Shown one piece after another: positions 20,116-30,506 of a DNA stretch of 64,000 bases. Each line of letters opens with the position of its first letter. The first letter of the stretch is position 1. The stretch covers positions 7,516-71,515 of the forward strand of contig MFNK01000009.1 in assembly GCA_001782045.1 (NCBI GenBank), in the 5' to 3' direction. Position numbers and translations under genes: made by a program. Below the pieces are notes generated by a model. It made no database searches and had not been told where the DNA came from. It saw only the letters and a list, made by a program, of their open reading frames with translations. The DNA comes from Candidatus Levybacteria bacterium RIFCSPHIGHO2_01_FULL_36_15b. Lineage in GTDB: Bacteria; Patescibacteriota; Microgenomatia; Levybacterales; UBA12049.

Positions 20116-21060
20116 ATGGATAATTTAACATTCCCAAAGATTAAAGAAGCAATAGAAAAATATCAAACAATCGGAATTGCTTTTGCTTCCGGTTCTAATC
20201 TTGATTCCACAGCAGGAGCGCTTTCTTTATATTTATCTCTTAAGAATTTAGGCAAGAATGTAACAGTTGCCTCCCCGTCAAGCCCATTAGTAGAAGTTTC
20301 TTCTTTAGTTGGAATTGATGAGGTTTCTACTGGTTTTGGGGGAGCAGGAGGAGATTTAGTCGTATCTTTTCCTTATAAAGAAGGAGAAATAGAAAAAGTT
20401 TCTTATACACGAGACGAAAATTTTTTGAACATAGTAGTTAAAGCAGGAGAATTGGGGCTTGGATTTGATGAGAAAGATGTTAAATATTCAAGGTCGGGTG
20501 CTGCACCAGAGCTTTTATTTGTTGTTGGAACTCCCCGAATTTCGGATTTGGGTCCTCTTTTTGATCCGGCAATTTTAAAAGATACCGTTGTTATAAATAT
20601 AGATAATAATTCTCAAAATCAAGGATTTGGAGATATCGTAATGGTATCTAATAGACTTTCTTCGGTTTCGGAAGCAATTGCAAATTTACTTTTGGCACTT
20701 AATTTAAAAATTGATTTGGATATTGCACAAAATTTAATGCTCGGATTGTCAAATGCCACCGATAATTTCCAAAGCGAGTCCACAAGTCCTTTGGCTTTTG
20801 AAATAGCGGGAATTTTAATGAGACAGGGCGCAACAAGACCGTCTCAAAAAATAGCAAGAAGAAGGGTTTCTGAAGACGATTTCATTAAACAGCAGGAAAG
20901 ACAGATTAGGGTTCAATCTCAAGAATCAGCTCGAGATCAAGAGCCAATAAGACAGCAAGAGCCTGTTTTAGAACAAGCAGAAAAAAAGGAAAAAACAGTT
21001 GAAAATCCGCCGGAAGATTGGCTAGAGCCAAAAATCTATAAGGGTTCCACAAACTTCTAA
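20116..21060 (+). CDS. Degenerate DHH-family (NrnA-like) protein
   Basis: DHH-fold-like layout, but INIDNN replaces the DHH motif; located after infB. Confidence 0.65.
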   Translation: MDNLTFPKIKEAIEKYQTIGIAFASGSNLDSTAGALSLYLSLKNLGKNVTVASPSSPLVEVSSLVGIDEVSTGFGGAGGDLVVSFPYKEGEIEKVSYTRDENFLNIVVKAGELGLGFDEKDVKYSRSGAAPELLFVVGTPRISDLGPLFDPAILKDTVVINIDNNSQNQGFGDIVMVSNRLSSVSEAIANLLLALNLKIDLDIAQNLMLGLSNATDNFQSESTSPLAFEIAGILMRQGATRPSQKIARRRVSEDDFIKQQERQIRVQSQESARDQEPIRQQEPVLEQAEKKEKTVENPPEDWLEPKIYKGSTNF

Positions 21061-21062
21061 TT

Positions 21063-21587
21063 ATGAATGAGAAAACTAGACCCCAACTTGAGAGTAGGTT
21101 GCTTGCATGGAGCAGAAAAAATAACAATAATGAACGTGGATTAAGACGCCAAGAACCGGAAAATCCTAAGGTTTATCCGTTTGCTGATTTTGATGACTAT
21201 GTTCTTGGATTTAGAGCAGGCGTTCAGCAAGATTTTGGAATCGTCTTAAGTCATATCGAAGTTCCCTTTGACGGACATTCTTATGAAGCATTTTTAGATG
21301 GGTTAGCTGGATTTGAAAGTGAGGGGAATTGGGGAAGAATGGCTAATCATACAGGATTAACACTTTTATTACTTCATTTAGGTTATCCCCGAGCGCAATT
21401 AACAGAAAGAAGGATAGAAATTTATCAGCATCCAGGTGCTTTAGAAAAGTATAGAGAAGATATCGAAGATTTAATGAAGCGTAAAAAAATAGATCCAAAA
21501 AATCCATCTCCAATTATGCCTGTATACGGAAACATGGTTGGGGCTCTAGATCCAAACCCAAAGACTGTTTACACTCGACCATTGTAA
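21063..21587 (+). CDS. Hypothetical protein
   Basis: 174-aa ORF, no recognised motif. Confidence 0.6.
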   Translation: MNEKTRPQLESRLLAWSRKNNNNERGLRRQEPENPKVYPFADFDDYVLGFRAGVQQDFGIVLSHIEVPFDGHSYEAFLDGLAGFESEGNWGRMANHTGLTLLLLHLGYPRAQLTERRIEIYQHPGALEKYREDIEDLMKRKKIDPKNPSPIMPVYGNMVGALDPNPKTVYTRPL

Positions 21588-21642
21588 TTGGAAACAGGAG
21601 CTGTTATAATACGTTCTGTTATTAAGAAAGAAAAATTAGTTT

Positions 21643-21915
21643 ATGCCACTTAGTTCTACGCAAAAGAAAGACATAATTAAAGAATTCCAAACAGCAAAAG
21701 GAGATACAGGAAGTCCTGAAGTCCAAGTTGCGCTTTTAACGCATAGAATAGAAAGATTAACTGAACATCTTCAGGGACACGGACATGATAATCACAGCAG
21801 ACGCGGACTTCTTTCTATGATTGCAAAGAGAAGAAGACTTATCAATTTTTTGGAAAAAGTTGATAAGGCAAGATCCTCGGATATAGCAAAAAGGGTAGGA
21901 TTAAAAAGTAAGTAA
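21643..21915 (+). CDS. rpsO: 30S ribosomal protein S15
   Basis: DTGSPEVQVALLT, DNHSRRGLL. Confidence 0.98.
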   Translation: MPLSSTQKKDIIKEFQTAKGDTGSPEVQVALLTHRIERLTEHLQGHGHDNHSRRGLLSMIAKRRRLINFLEKVDKARSSDIAKRVGLKSK

Positions 21916-21921
21916 AAATTA

Positions 21922-24183
21922 ATGAAACAAACCTCAAAAGAGCTAGATTTAGCTGGTAAAAAATTAACACTACAAATAGGAAACTTGGCTCAACAAGCCA
22001 CATCTTCTGTTTTAGCAAGACTCGGAGATACCGTAGTATTAGTTACGGTTGTTGAGGGTGGCCCAACAGACTTAGATTATTTTCCTCTTAGTGTTGAATA
22101 CGTAGAAAGGCTTTATGCGGGAGGCAGAATTAAAGGAAGCCGCTGGGTAAAAAGAGAGGGAAGACCAAGCGATGAAGCTATACTTGCAGGAAGAGTAATT
22201 GATCGTTCCATTAGGCCTCTTTTCCCCAAAGCCTTTAAAAACGAAGTTCAAATTATTGTAACAGTACTTTCAGTTGATGGGGAAAACGAACCAGACATCG
22301 TTGCTTTAAATGCAGTATCGGCTGCAATTGCAATATCGCGAATTCCATGGAACGGACCAATTGGGGCTGTAAGAATGGGTTATGTTAAAGAAAATGGAAG
22401 CGCTGCAGAATTTTTAGCAAATCCAACTTCCAGCGAAATTGAACTTTCAGAGCTTGACATGGTTGTTTCTCAAACTAAAGACAAAACAGTGATGATTGAA
22501 GCTGGTGCTTTGCAGGTACCCGAGGATGTATTGGTAGAAGCAATAAAAAGGGCTCAGGTGGAAAATGAAAAGATAGTTTCCGCAATTGAGGAACTAGTAA
22601 AAGAGGTTGGAGCAAAGAAACTTGCAACAACTGAAGATCCACTGCTCCACGAAACGATTCAAATAATAGAAAAGTCATATAAAGAAGATGTACAAGCGCT
22701 TATTAAATCACGAGTTGATAAAGAATCTGGTGGGGATGACACAGGAGATTTAATAAATAAAATATACGACGACCAAAAAATGAAAAACAAAGATACGGAA
22801 ATTGACAAAAAACAGGTTGCTAAAGCAATAGAATATGTAATGTTTAAGCTTATCAGAAAAGATGTTTTGGAAAAGAAACATAGGCCAGATGGTAGAGGCA
22901 TGGACGAAATCCGAGAAATTGATACAAAAGTTGGAATTTTACCAAGAACACATGGTAGTGCGCTTTTTCAAAGAGGCCTTACACAGGCTTTATCAATTGT
23001 AACCCTTGGTTCTCCCCGAATGGAACAGCTAATTGAGTCTGCAGAAGGAGAAGAGTCTAAAAGATATATTCATCATTATAGCGGACTACCTTATTCTTTT
23101 GGACAAACCGGAAGAGTAGGAACACCTAGCAGACGAGAAATAGGACATGGAGCACTTGCAGAAAGAGCGCTAAAAGGAGTAATACCTTCGCAAAATGAAT
23201 TCCCTTACACAATAAGATTAGTTTCGGAAGTATTATCTCAGAATGGATCAAGCTCTATGGCTTCAACTTGCGGATCAACTCTTGCCCTTATGGATGCCGG
23301 AGTGCCAATTAAAAAACCTGTAGCAGGAATATCTATAGGAATGATGTCGGATGAAAAAAGCTACGAGCTTTTAACTGATATTATTGGGCTTGAAGATTTT
23401 TCAGGAGATATGGATTTTAAAGTGGCAGGAACCGATACCGGTGTCACGGCGATACAAGTTGATGTAAAAATTCCAGGTTTAACTCAAGCCCAAATTAAAG
23501 ATATTTTTGAAGCTTCTAAAAAGGCAAGACTATCAATTTTAGAAAAAATGCTATCAGTAATACCAACGACTCGCGAAAATCTTTCTCAGTATGCGCCAAA
23601 GATAGAGATGTTAAATATCCCGGTGGATAAAATTGGAGAATTAATAGGACCGGGAGGTAAAGTTATAAAAAATATAATATCTACAACAGGCGCAACTGTT
23701 GATGTAGAAGATGATGGATCTGTAACGGTTTCAGGAACAAACGAAGAATCAGTACAAAAAGCAATCGATTGGGTTAAGAGCTTAACAAGAGATGTTGGGG
23801 TGGGAGAAACATTTGAAGGAGAAGTAAAAAGAATATTACCTTTTGGTGCATTCGTTGAAATTTTACCCGGAAAAGAAGGTATGGTTCATGTTTCTAAGAT
23901 GTCTACAGAATTTGTAAATAATCCTTCTGATATTGTTGAAATAGGGCAAAAAGTTAAAGTAAGAGTTGCAGAAATAGACGATCAAGGAAGAATAAATCTG
24001 TCTATGTTATTTGGAGCAGATGCAGAGAAAGAGAAAGAACCTCGTGGCCCATCAAATAGAAACTTTGAAGCACGAGAAAGGGAACCAAGACGAGAACATC
24101 CTCTTTCCATGCAATTTAAAAGAGAAAGACAAAAAACATGGCAGCAAAATAAGCGTTTTGGACCTAAAAAACCAAGATACTAA
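21922..24183 (+). CDS. pnp: Polyribonucleotide nucleotidyltransferase
   Basis: RREIGHGALAERAL, NGSSSMAS, GDMDFKVAG, KH and S1 domains. Confidence 0.98.
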   Translation: MKQTSKELDLAGKKLTLQIGNLAQQATSSVLARLGDTVVLVTVVEGGPTDLDYFPLSVEYVERLYAGGRIKGSRWVKREGRPSDEAILAGRVIDRSIRPLFPKAFKNEVQIIVTVLSVDGENEPDIVALNAVSAAIAISRIPWNGPIGAVRMGYVKENGSAAEFLANPTSSEIELSELDMVVSQTKDKTVMIEAGALQVPEDVLVEAIKRAQVENEKIVSAIEELVKEVGAKKLATTEDPLLHETIQIIEKSYKEDVQALIKSRVDKESGGDDTGDLINKIYDDQKMKNKDTEIDKKQVAKAIEYVMFKLIRKDVLEKKHRPDGRGMDEIREIDTKVGILPRTHGSALFQRGLTQALSIVTLGSPRMEQLIESAEGEESKRYIHHYSGLPYSFGQTGRVGTPSRREIGHGALAERALKGVIPSQNEFPYTIRLVSEVLSQNGSSSMASTCGSTLALMDAGVPIKKPVAGISIGMMSDEKSYELLTDIIGLEDFSGDMDFKVAGTDTGVTAIQVDVKIPGLTQAQIKDIFEASKKARLSILEKMLSVIPTTRENLSQYAPKIEMLNIPVDKIGELIGPGGKVIKNIISTTGATVDVEDDGSVTVSGTNEESVQKAIDWVKSLTRDVGVGETFEGEVKRILPFGAFVEILPGKEGMVHVSKMSTEFVNNPSDIVEIGQKVKVRVAEIDDQGRINLSMLFGADAEKEKEPRGPSNRNFEAREREPRREHPLSMQFKRERQKTWQQNKRFGPKKPRY

Positions 24184-24209
24184 TTCCCCATTGTGTTATT
24201 ATTAAATTA

Positions 24210-25265
24210 ATGGATTCTGCCCAAAATATTGATTCAGAGTTAAATAAATTATCAGAGAAGGTTAAAAAAGCATCTCTTCCTCCCGATTTACAAGAAAAGG
24301 TTAATTCTATGTTATCGCTTTTATCTATTAGTTTAAAAACAGGAACAGGTAGTTTTATAAACTATCAAACAACCGAAAATTACTTAAATTGGCTATGTTC
24401 ATTGCCATTCAACCTTGAAACGCAGGACAATTTAGATATCAACAAAGCAAAAGAAATACTAGACAAAAATCATTACGGATTAATGTCCGTAAAAGACACG
24501 ATTATGGAATACTTATCAACCCTAATTTTAAATAAACAAAATAATACAATGGTTAATGCGCCAATTCTTTGTTTGGTAGGATTGGTAGGAACAGGTAAAA
24601 CAACACTTGCGTATTCTATAGCAGAAGCGTTGGGAAGAAGATTTGAAAGAATTCCTTTTGGAGGGTTATCCGATTCTTTGTCTTTAAGAGGACAATCGCG
24701 TGCATTTACTGACGCAGAGCCCGGTCTATTTATTAAGAAAATCGTACATGCCCAAAGCAAAAATTGCGTAATATTACTAGATGAACTTGATAGAATTGCA
24801 GAGCATGCCAGAGCAGATGTTATGGGAGTATTAATTGAAGCACTAGACAATGAGCAAAATAATTCGTTTGTTGATCATTATATAGATTATCCTTTTGATT
24901 TGTCTCATGTTTTATTTATTGCAACAGCAAATAACACGACAAGTCTTTCTACCGCAGTATTGGATAGATTAGAAATTATTCAAATGCCCTCCTACAACGA
25001 TGATGAAAAAAAAGTGATTGGGCAAAAATATTTATTTCCAAAAATTGTTAAAAACGCGGGACTTCTAGACAACCAGGTAATAATAGAAGAAATTTTATGG
25101 CCTACCATTATTAGGCCGCTTGGTTATGATAGCGGTATAAGAAGTTTGGAAAGAAGCCTAGAAAATATTGCAAGAAGAGTTGCGCGTATGATTGTAGAAG
25201 GCAAATTATCTAAAAATTCGCAAGTTAAAATAGATAGTAATAATATAAGAGAGTATTTAAATTAA
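24210..25265 (+). CDS. Lon-like AAA+ module only (no N-domain, no protease domain)
   Basis: LDKNHYGL, ILCLVGLVGTGKT, LLDELD, FVDHYIDYPFDLSHVLFIATAN. Confidence 0.85.
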   Translation: MDSAQNIDSELNKLSEKVKKASLPPDLQEKVNSMLSLLSISLKTGTGSFINYQTTENYLNWLCSLPFNLETQDNLDINKAKEILDKNHYGLMSVKDTIMEYLSTLILNKQNNTMVNAPILCLVGLVGTGKTTLAYSIAEALGRRFERIPFGGLSDSLSLRGQSRAFTDAEPGLFIKKIVHAQSKNCVILLDELDRIAEHARADVMGVLIEALDNEQNNSFVDHYIDYPFDLSHVLFIATANNTTSLSTAVLDRLEIIQMPSYNDDEKKVIGQKYLFPKIVKNAGLLDNQVIIEEILWPTIIRPLGYDSGIRSLERSLENIARRVARMIVEGKLSKNSQVKIDSNNIREYLN

Positions 25266-25266
25266 T

Positions 25267-26922
25267 ATGGAAGAAAAAATATCAATTATTCCTTTGGGTG
25301 GAGTTTCGGACGTTACTCGTAATATGTATATTTACGAATACAAGAACGAGATTCTTCTTGTGGATTGCGGAATCGGTTTTGCAAACGAAACTGTTGTAGG
25401 GGTGGATTTATTGCTGCCGGATATTTCTTATCTAAAAACTACAAATAAAAAAATTGTTGGAATGGCAATAACTCACGGACACGAAGATCACATGGGAGCT
25501 TTGCCTTATATCTTACCCGACCTTCCTGATTTTCCAATATACGCTACATCTTTAACCGCAGAATTTGCAAATGAGAAATTAAAGGAGTTTGGGATGCCAA
25601 AAAGAATTCAAAAAGTAGATTTTGATGGAGGAGAAGTAAAGATTGGAAGCTTTACAATTTCTTTCGTTAGAGTTACGCATAGTATTCCAGATACTTCTCA
25701 CGTTTTTATAAAAACCCCCGTAGGTAATTTTTATCATGGAAGCGATTTTAAATTTGACTTAACTCCATACGACGGCAAAAAAACAGATTTTCAAAAAATC
25801 GTAAAGCTTGCAAATCAAGGAGTTATATGTCTTTTATCCGATGCGCTTCGCGCGGAGGAACCGGGAAAGGCTCCTTCAGAATCAAGCTTAACTTATGCAT
25901 TTGAAGAAGAGATAGATAAAACCAAAGGCAAGTTTATAGTTACTACATTTTCTTCAAATATTTCAAGACTTAATCAGGTAATAAATGTTGCAAAAAAGTT
26001 TAACAAAAAGATCTGCTTTGTAGGAAGGTCTTTGATTAAGGCTAAAGATATGGCAATAAGACTAGGATACATGAGCCTCCCTAAAGATATGGAAGTTGAT
26101 GTTAGGGATTTAAAGCACGTAAAAGATCAAAATTTGGTTTTAATAGTAGCAGGAAGTCAAGGGCAGGAGAATTCTGCGCTAACACGTATTGTAAGCGGGG
26201 AATTTAGGGAAATAAAATTAAATCCAGCCGATACCATTATTTTTAGTTCCGATCCAATTCCGGGAAACGAAATATCTATTAATTCATTAATAGATGAAAT
26301 ATCTAAAATTGGAACACGCGTTATTTATTCTGCAATTTCCGAAAGCTTTCATGTATCGGGTCATGGAGCCGCTGATGATTTAATGATGTTGATGAACTTA
26401 GTAAGACCAAGTAAGGTTTTACCGATAGGTGCAACTTACAGACAAATGGTTGCCTATAAGCAGCTTGCCAGACAGCAAAGCTTTGAAGATAAGGATATTA
26501 TTTTAATCGAAAATGGGCAGGAAGTAGTATTTACTAAGGAATCTTCATTTCTTGGTAGAAAACTAAATCTTAGGAATGTTTTTGTAGATCAAATTTCAGG
26601 GGAGGAAATCGAGAGTTTCGTGGTAATGGACAGGCAAAAAATTGCAAAAGAAGGAGTAATAGTTGTTATTGCAGAAGTAGATTCCCAAACCGGACAAATC
26701 TTGGATAACCCTAATATTATTGCAAGAGGTTATGCTTCCGCAGACGCACAGACTTTATCTAAAGGACTCAGCAAAGAGTTAAAAACCGCGCTGTCCAGAA
26801 AGAAAGGACCGGTTACAAACTGGATTTATATAAGAAGACAACTGGCAGATGTAACAGAAAAGTTTATTTTCAAAACTTTCCGCAAACACCCCATGGTGCT
26901 TCCGATTGTTATCGAGATTTAG
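25267..26922 (+). CDS. rnj: Ribonuclease J
   Basis: IIPLGG, THGHEDHMGA, THSIPD, HVSGH. Confidence 0.97.
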   Translation: MEEKISIIPLGGVSDVTRNMYIYEYKNEILLVDCGIGFANETVVGVDLLLPDISYLKTTNKKIVGMAITHGHEDHMGALPYILPDLPDFPIYATSLTAEFANEKLKEFGMPKRIQKVDFDGGEVKIGSFTISFVRVTHSIPDTSHVFIKTPVGNFYHGSDFKFDLTPYDGKKTDFQKIVKLANQGVICLLSDALRAEEPGKAPSESSLTYAFEEEIDKTKGKFIVTTFSSNISRLNQVINVAKKFNKKICFVGRSLIKAKDMAIRLGYMSLPKDMEVDVRDLKHVKDQNLVLIVAGSQGQENSALTRIVSGEFREIKLNPADTIIFSSDPIPGNEISINSLIDEISKIGTRVIYSAISESFHVSGHGAADDLMMLMNLVRPSKVLPIGATYRQMVAYKQLARQQSFEDKDIILIENGQEVVFTKESSFLGRKLNLRNVFVDQISGEEIESFVVMDRQKIAKEGVIVVIAEVDSQTGQILDNPNIIARGYASADAQTLSKGLSKELKTALSRKKGPVTNWIYIRRQLADVTEKFIFKTFRKHPMVLPIVIEI

Positions 26923-27499
26923 AAAGATTTCTTGTTAAATTTTCGATATCTTGTAGATGTTCATCTCTTTTAACATCTCCACGAATCTTTCTTTTGTAAA
27001 TTTTATCTTTTAATTCAGTTTCGGGACTCTGAATTTCGTAAACAATATCGCCGATTCTACCATATACAGGTTCAGAGAATTGTTGTTTGTCTACTGTTCC
27101 ATCACTTTTTATAATTTGCTTATCTTTTCCAAGTGGGCTAATTTTTGTTTGGAGGTAATAAATATCTAAGTTTGAACCCCCAAGATGATAAATTAGATTG
27201 TGGTAGTATTCTTTTCTTCCTTTATAATTGATTTTATAATCCAAAACTTCAGGATTAATCGATTTTAATATTTTCTCTATTGCTTCTTTTGGATTTGAAT
27301 CCGTTCCGTAAATTTGAATATCTATATCGTTATGAAATCTAGTGATTCCTTCTAGGTAGCCGTCCACGGCATACCCACCAGAAATGATAAGCCTCATTCC
27401 AAGCTGCGGAGCCACTTTTGTTAATTGTCCAATAATTTTAAGATCTGTCTGAACTCTTTCTTTTTGTTCAGAAGAAAGATTTTCTCTAATTATTTCCAT
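26909..27499 (-). CDS. Nucleotidyltransferase (ANT(2'')/LnuA-like superfamily)
   Basis: GGYAVD...TRFHNDIDI motif. Confidence 0.75.
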   Translation of the reverse strand: MEIIRENLSSEQKERVQTDLKIIGQLTKVAPQLGMRLIISGGYAVDGYLEGITRFHNDIDIQIYGTDSNPKEAIEKILKSINPEVLDYKINYKGRKEYYHNLIYHLGGSNLDIYYLQTKISPLGKDKQIIKSDGTVDKQQFSEPVYGRIGDIVYEIQSPETELKDKIYKRKIRGDVKRDEHLQDIENLTRNLSKSR

Positions 27500-27605
27500 G
27501 AGGAAATTATAGCAGAAATAGAAATATTACCCTATAGTTTGCAATTTAGTTAAAAAGGTATATAATTAAGTTGTACAAGGCTAATAAAGTCTTTATAATA
27601 AATAC

Positions 27606-29702
27606 ATGCCCAAAAGACGTCATTATAGAAAACAAAAGTTTAAGATCAAGCTTAAAAAAACTACGATTTATTCTATTTTCGCTTTTGGAATAATGCTTTC
27701 TGCAATTCTTTTTGGAGCTTCTTTTACCAAAAACGGACCTTCGCTAGTTCTTATTAACGATTATTTAACTTATTATCTTGGTAGATTTTCGCTTCTATTT
27801 CCGTTAGTACTTTTAGTACTTGGATTTTTCTTTTTAAAGCTCAAGTTTTTTCTTTCAAAACCTAACGTTGCCGTAGGTGCTTTAATTTTTTATTTATCGT
27901 TGCTTGGCGCTTCTAAGTCCGGTTTTGTTGGAATTACTCTAAATTCTCTAATTGCGGATGTATTAGGAGGTTTTATTACTTTTGCCATTTATGCTTTTGG
28001 AATAGTTGTCGGTTTAATTGTGTTTTTTGATACTTCAATTGATGAAATAGTTCAAATAATTTCTTCAGTTTTTTCTTTAATTCAAAAATTAGTACCGGGA
28101 AACCTGCTTTCATTTTTTAAAAAGAAAGAAATCCCTGCACTTTCAGACAAGCAAATGATTATAAAAGGTATGGATGATCGATCTTCCAAAGATATGAAAA
28201 TAAACTCTAATTCTCCTAAAAAAGAAGAGCCACTTATTTCAGATAAGCTTGTTATGAATGTTCCGGGAAAAGCTGGTGTTTGGCATCTTCCTCCCTTAGA
28301 CTTACTTTCAAGCGACGCTCCGCAAAAAGCAGACAGAGGAGATGTTAAAAAAATCGCCGCAGATATAGAAAGAACTCTACAATCTTTTAATATAGGAGCA
28401 AAAGTTGTTGAAGTTAACTTAGGACCGGCAGTTACCCAATATGCCCTGCAGGTTCCTATGGGAATAAAAGTTTCTAAAATTACCTCCCTTGCTAACGATT
28501 TAGCGCTTAATACAGAGGCTCCAACTGGGCAAATAAGAATTGAAGCGCCGATTCCCGGAAGAAATTTAATTGGAGTAGAAATTCCAAATAGAAGCCTTGA
28601 GGTTGTAACTCTTCGCACAATGCTTTCAAGCGATCAGATGAAAAAACATAAATCCAAGCTTGCAGTTTCCTTAGGACTTGATGTTTCCGGGGATCCTCTT
28701 GTTGCAGATATTGGTAAAATGCCTCACGTATTAGTTGCAGGTACCACGGGAAGCGGAAAATCAGTTTTAATAAATTCTTTTATAGCGTCTCTGCTTTTTA
28801 GGGCAACTCCGGATGAGCTAAGACTTATTATGATTGATCCTAAAAGAGTAGAGCTAACCGGTTATAATGGCATCCCTCATTTGATGACACCAGTAATTGT
28901 AGAGGTTGATCAAATTTTGGCATCTTTAAAATGGGCTATGGGAGAAATGGATAGGCGCTACAAAACCTTTGCAGAACAAGGAGTAAGAAATATAGATTCC
29001 TATAACGAACTTGCAGGATTTCAAAGACTTCCATACATTGTAATTTTTGTAGATGAACTTGCTGATTTAATGGCTTATGCGCCGGTTGAGGTTGAAGATG
29101 CAATTGCACGACTTGCTCAAATGGCAAGAGCAACAGGAATACATTTGGTTGTTTCAACCCAAAGACCCTCAGTTGATGTTATAACGGGTTTAATTAAAGC
29201 AAATATTCCGGCTCGAATCGCATTTAACGTTTCTTCAATGATTGATTCCAGAGTTATAATAGATATGCCGGGGGCTGAAAAACTTCTGGGAAGAGGTGAT
29301 ATGCTTTACATTCCACCAGACCAGGCAAAACCAACAAGAATTCAGGGTGCATTTGTTTCAGAAAAAGAAGTCAGAAAGTTAGTAGACTTTTTAAAGGCAG
29401 AAAATCCGCCGGTAGAATATACAGAGGAGGTTTTAGCAGAGCCGCTTGTTAAAAAAGGCGGACACGGGAGCAGTTTGGATGGCGGTAGAGATGCTTTATT
29501 TGAAGAAGCCGTAAGAATCGTTTGCCAATATGACAGAGCATCAGCATCATTATTGCAAAGAAGATTATCTATTGGATATTCAAGAGCAGCAAAAATTATA
29601 GACCAGCTTGAAGAAGCCGGATTAATTGGAAGAGCAGACGGGAGTAAGCCAAGAGACGTTCTTATAAGAGATCCGGAAGAATTTCTTGCTAACTTAGGAT
29701 AA
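27606..29702 (+). CDS. ftsK: DNA translocase FtsK
   Basis: N-terminal TMs, PHVLVAGTTGSGKS, gamma domain ASASLLQRRLSIGYSRAA. Confidence 0.98.
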   Translation: MPKRRHYRKQKFKIKLKKTTIYSIFAFGIMLSAILFGASFTKNGPSLVLINDYLTYYLGRFSLLFPLVLLVLGFFFLKLKFFLSKPNVAVGALIFYLSLLGASKSGFVGITLNSLIADVLGGFITFAIYAFGIVVGLIVFFDTSIDEIVQIISSVFSLIQKLVPGNLLSFFKKKEIPALSDKQMIIKGMDDRSSKDMKINSNSPKKEEPLISDKLVMNVPGKAGVWHLPPLDLLSSDAPQKADRGDVKKIAADIERTLQSFNIGAKVVEVNLGPAVTQYALQVPMGIKVSKITSLANDLALNTEAPTGQIRIEAPIPGRNLIGVEIPNRSLEVVTLRTMLSSDQMKKHKSKLAVSLGLDVSGDPLVADIGKMPHVLVAGTTGSGKSVLINSFIASLLFRATPDELRLIMIDPKRVELTGYNGIPHLMTPVIVEVDQILASLKWAMGEMDRRYKTFAEQGVRNIDSYNELAGFQRLPYIVIFVDELADLMAYAPVEVEDAIARLAQMARATGIHLVVSTQRPSVDVITGLIKANIPARIAFNVSSMIDSRVIIDMPGAEKLLGRGDMLYIPPDQAKPTRIQGAFVSEKEVRKLVDFLKAENPPVEYTEEVLAEPLVKKGGHGSSLDGGRDALFEEAVRIVCQYDRASASLLQRRLSIGYSRAAKIIDQLEEAGLIGRADGSKPRDVLIRDPEEFLANLG

Positions 29703-29711
29703 GCCCCCTTT

Positions 29712-30353
29712 ATGATTAAAGCCAGTGAAAAATTATTAGAGAAAAGACTTGAATTAGGACTTTCTTTAGAGAAAATCGAAAAATCTACAAAAATTAAAGC
29801 AGATTACCTTAGTTTAATCGAAAATGGAAAATTTTCCAGTCTTCCTTCTATTTCCCACGCTTCTGGATTTGTTAAAAATTATGCAAAATTTTTGGGAATT
29901 TCAGAAAAAGAAATTATGCCGCTCTTTAGACGTGAGTTTGATGCAGAATCCGAGTATAGAGTCTTACCTAAGAGCTTTGAAGAGAGGGAGGGGTTTCCAA
30001 TTAGAAATTTTAAGCTAGGAAATGGTTTATTTATCGTAGGGATTGTACTTGTTATTTTTATAGCTTATATTCTTTTTCAATATAGGTACGCTTTTATAAA
30101 TCCACCGCTTACAGTTTATAACCCGCAGGACAGAAGTGTAATAGTTGCACAACAACTCGAAGTCAAGGGTAAAACAGAACCGGAGACCAACATTTTTATA
30201 AATAAAAATCCTGCAACAGTTGATAGCAGAGGTAATTTTTCCAAAACAATTAGTGTTTTTCCCGGAAATTTTGTGCTTAATATAGATGCTGTAAATAAAT
30301 TTGGAAAAAAGACAAGTAAGAAAATAATTATTGAAATTAAATCGGGCACTTGA
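29712..30353 (+). CDS. RodZ-like HTH protein with TM and Ig-like C-terminal domain
   Basis: TKIKADYLSLIENG...GFVKNYAKFLG; typical ftsK neighbour. Confidence 0.8.
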   Translation: MIKASEKLLEKRLELGLSLEKIEKSTKIKADYLSLIENGKFSSLPSISHASGFVKNYAKFLGISEKEIMPLFRREFDAESEYRVLPKSFEEREGFPIRNFKLGNGLFIVGIVLVIFIAYILFQYRYAFINPPLTVYNPQDRSVIVAQQLEVKGKTEPETNIFINKNPATVDSRGNFSKTISVFPGNFVLNIDAVNKFGKKTSKKIIIEIKSGT

Positions 30354-30390
30354 CCTTTTTAACCTTTTGGGTTAAGTTAATTGTATGGAT

Positions 30391-30506
30391 CCCGTTAAAA
30401 GCCGCGATCGCATATGGTTCATAGCAATGAAAATTGAACTTTCGATATCATACGAATATAAGATCAAAGGAGGAATTAAGCAGATCGCAATCTGCTTTTA
30501 AACGGG
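30391..30506. mobile_element. 116-bp inverted-repeat (MITE-like) insertion at a start codon, flanked by an ATGGAT direct repeat
   Basis: CCCGTTAAAAGC...GCTTTTAAACGGG; ATGGAT at 30385-90 and 30507-12; related to 58318-58393. Confidence 0.7.

Noticed and set aside
27516-27540. Possible duplicated rnj 3' end (ATA GAA ATA, IEI) beyond the nucleotidyltransferase gene
   Set aside because: Only three codons in AT-rich DNA with no matching stop; consistent with chance.
16453-29190. Other CCCGTTA or TAACGGG matches inside the Clp ATPase gene and ftsK
   Set aside because: Single arms without a partner IR or target duplication, inside conserved coding sequence.
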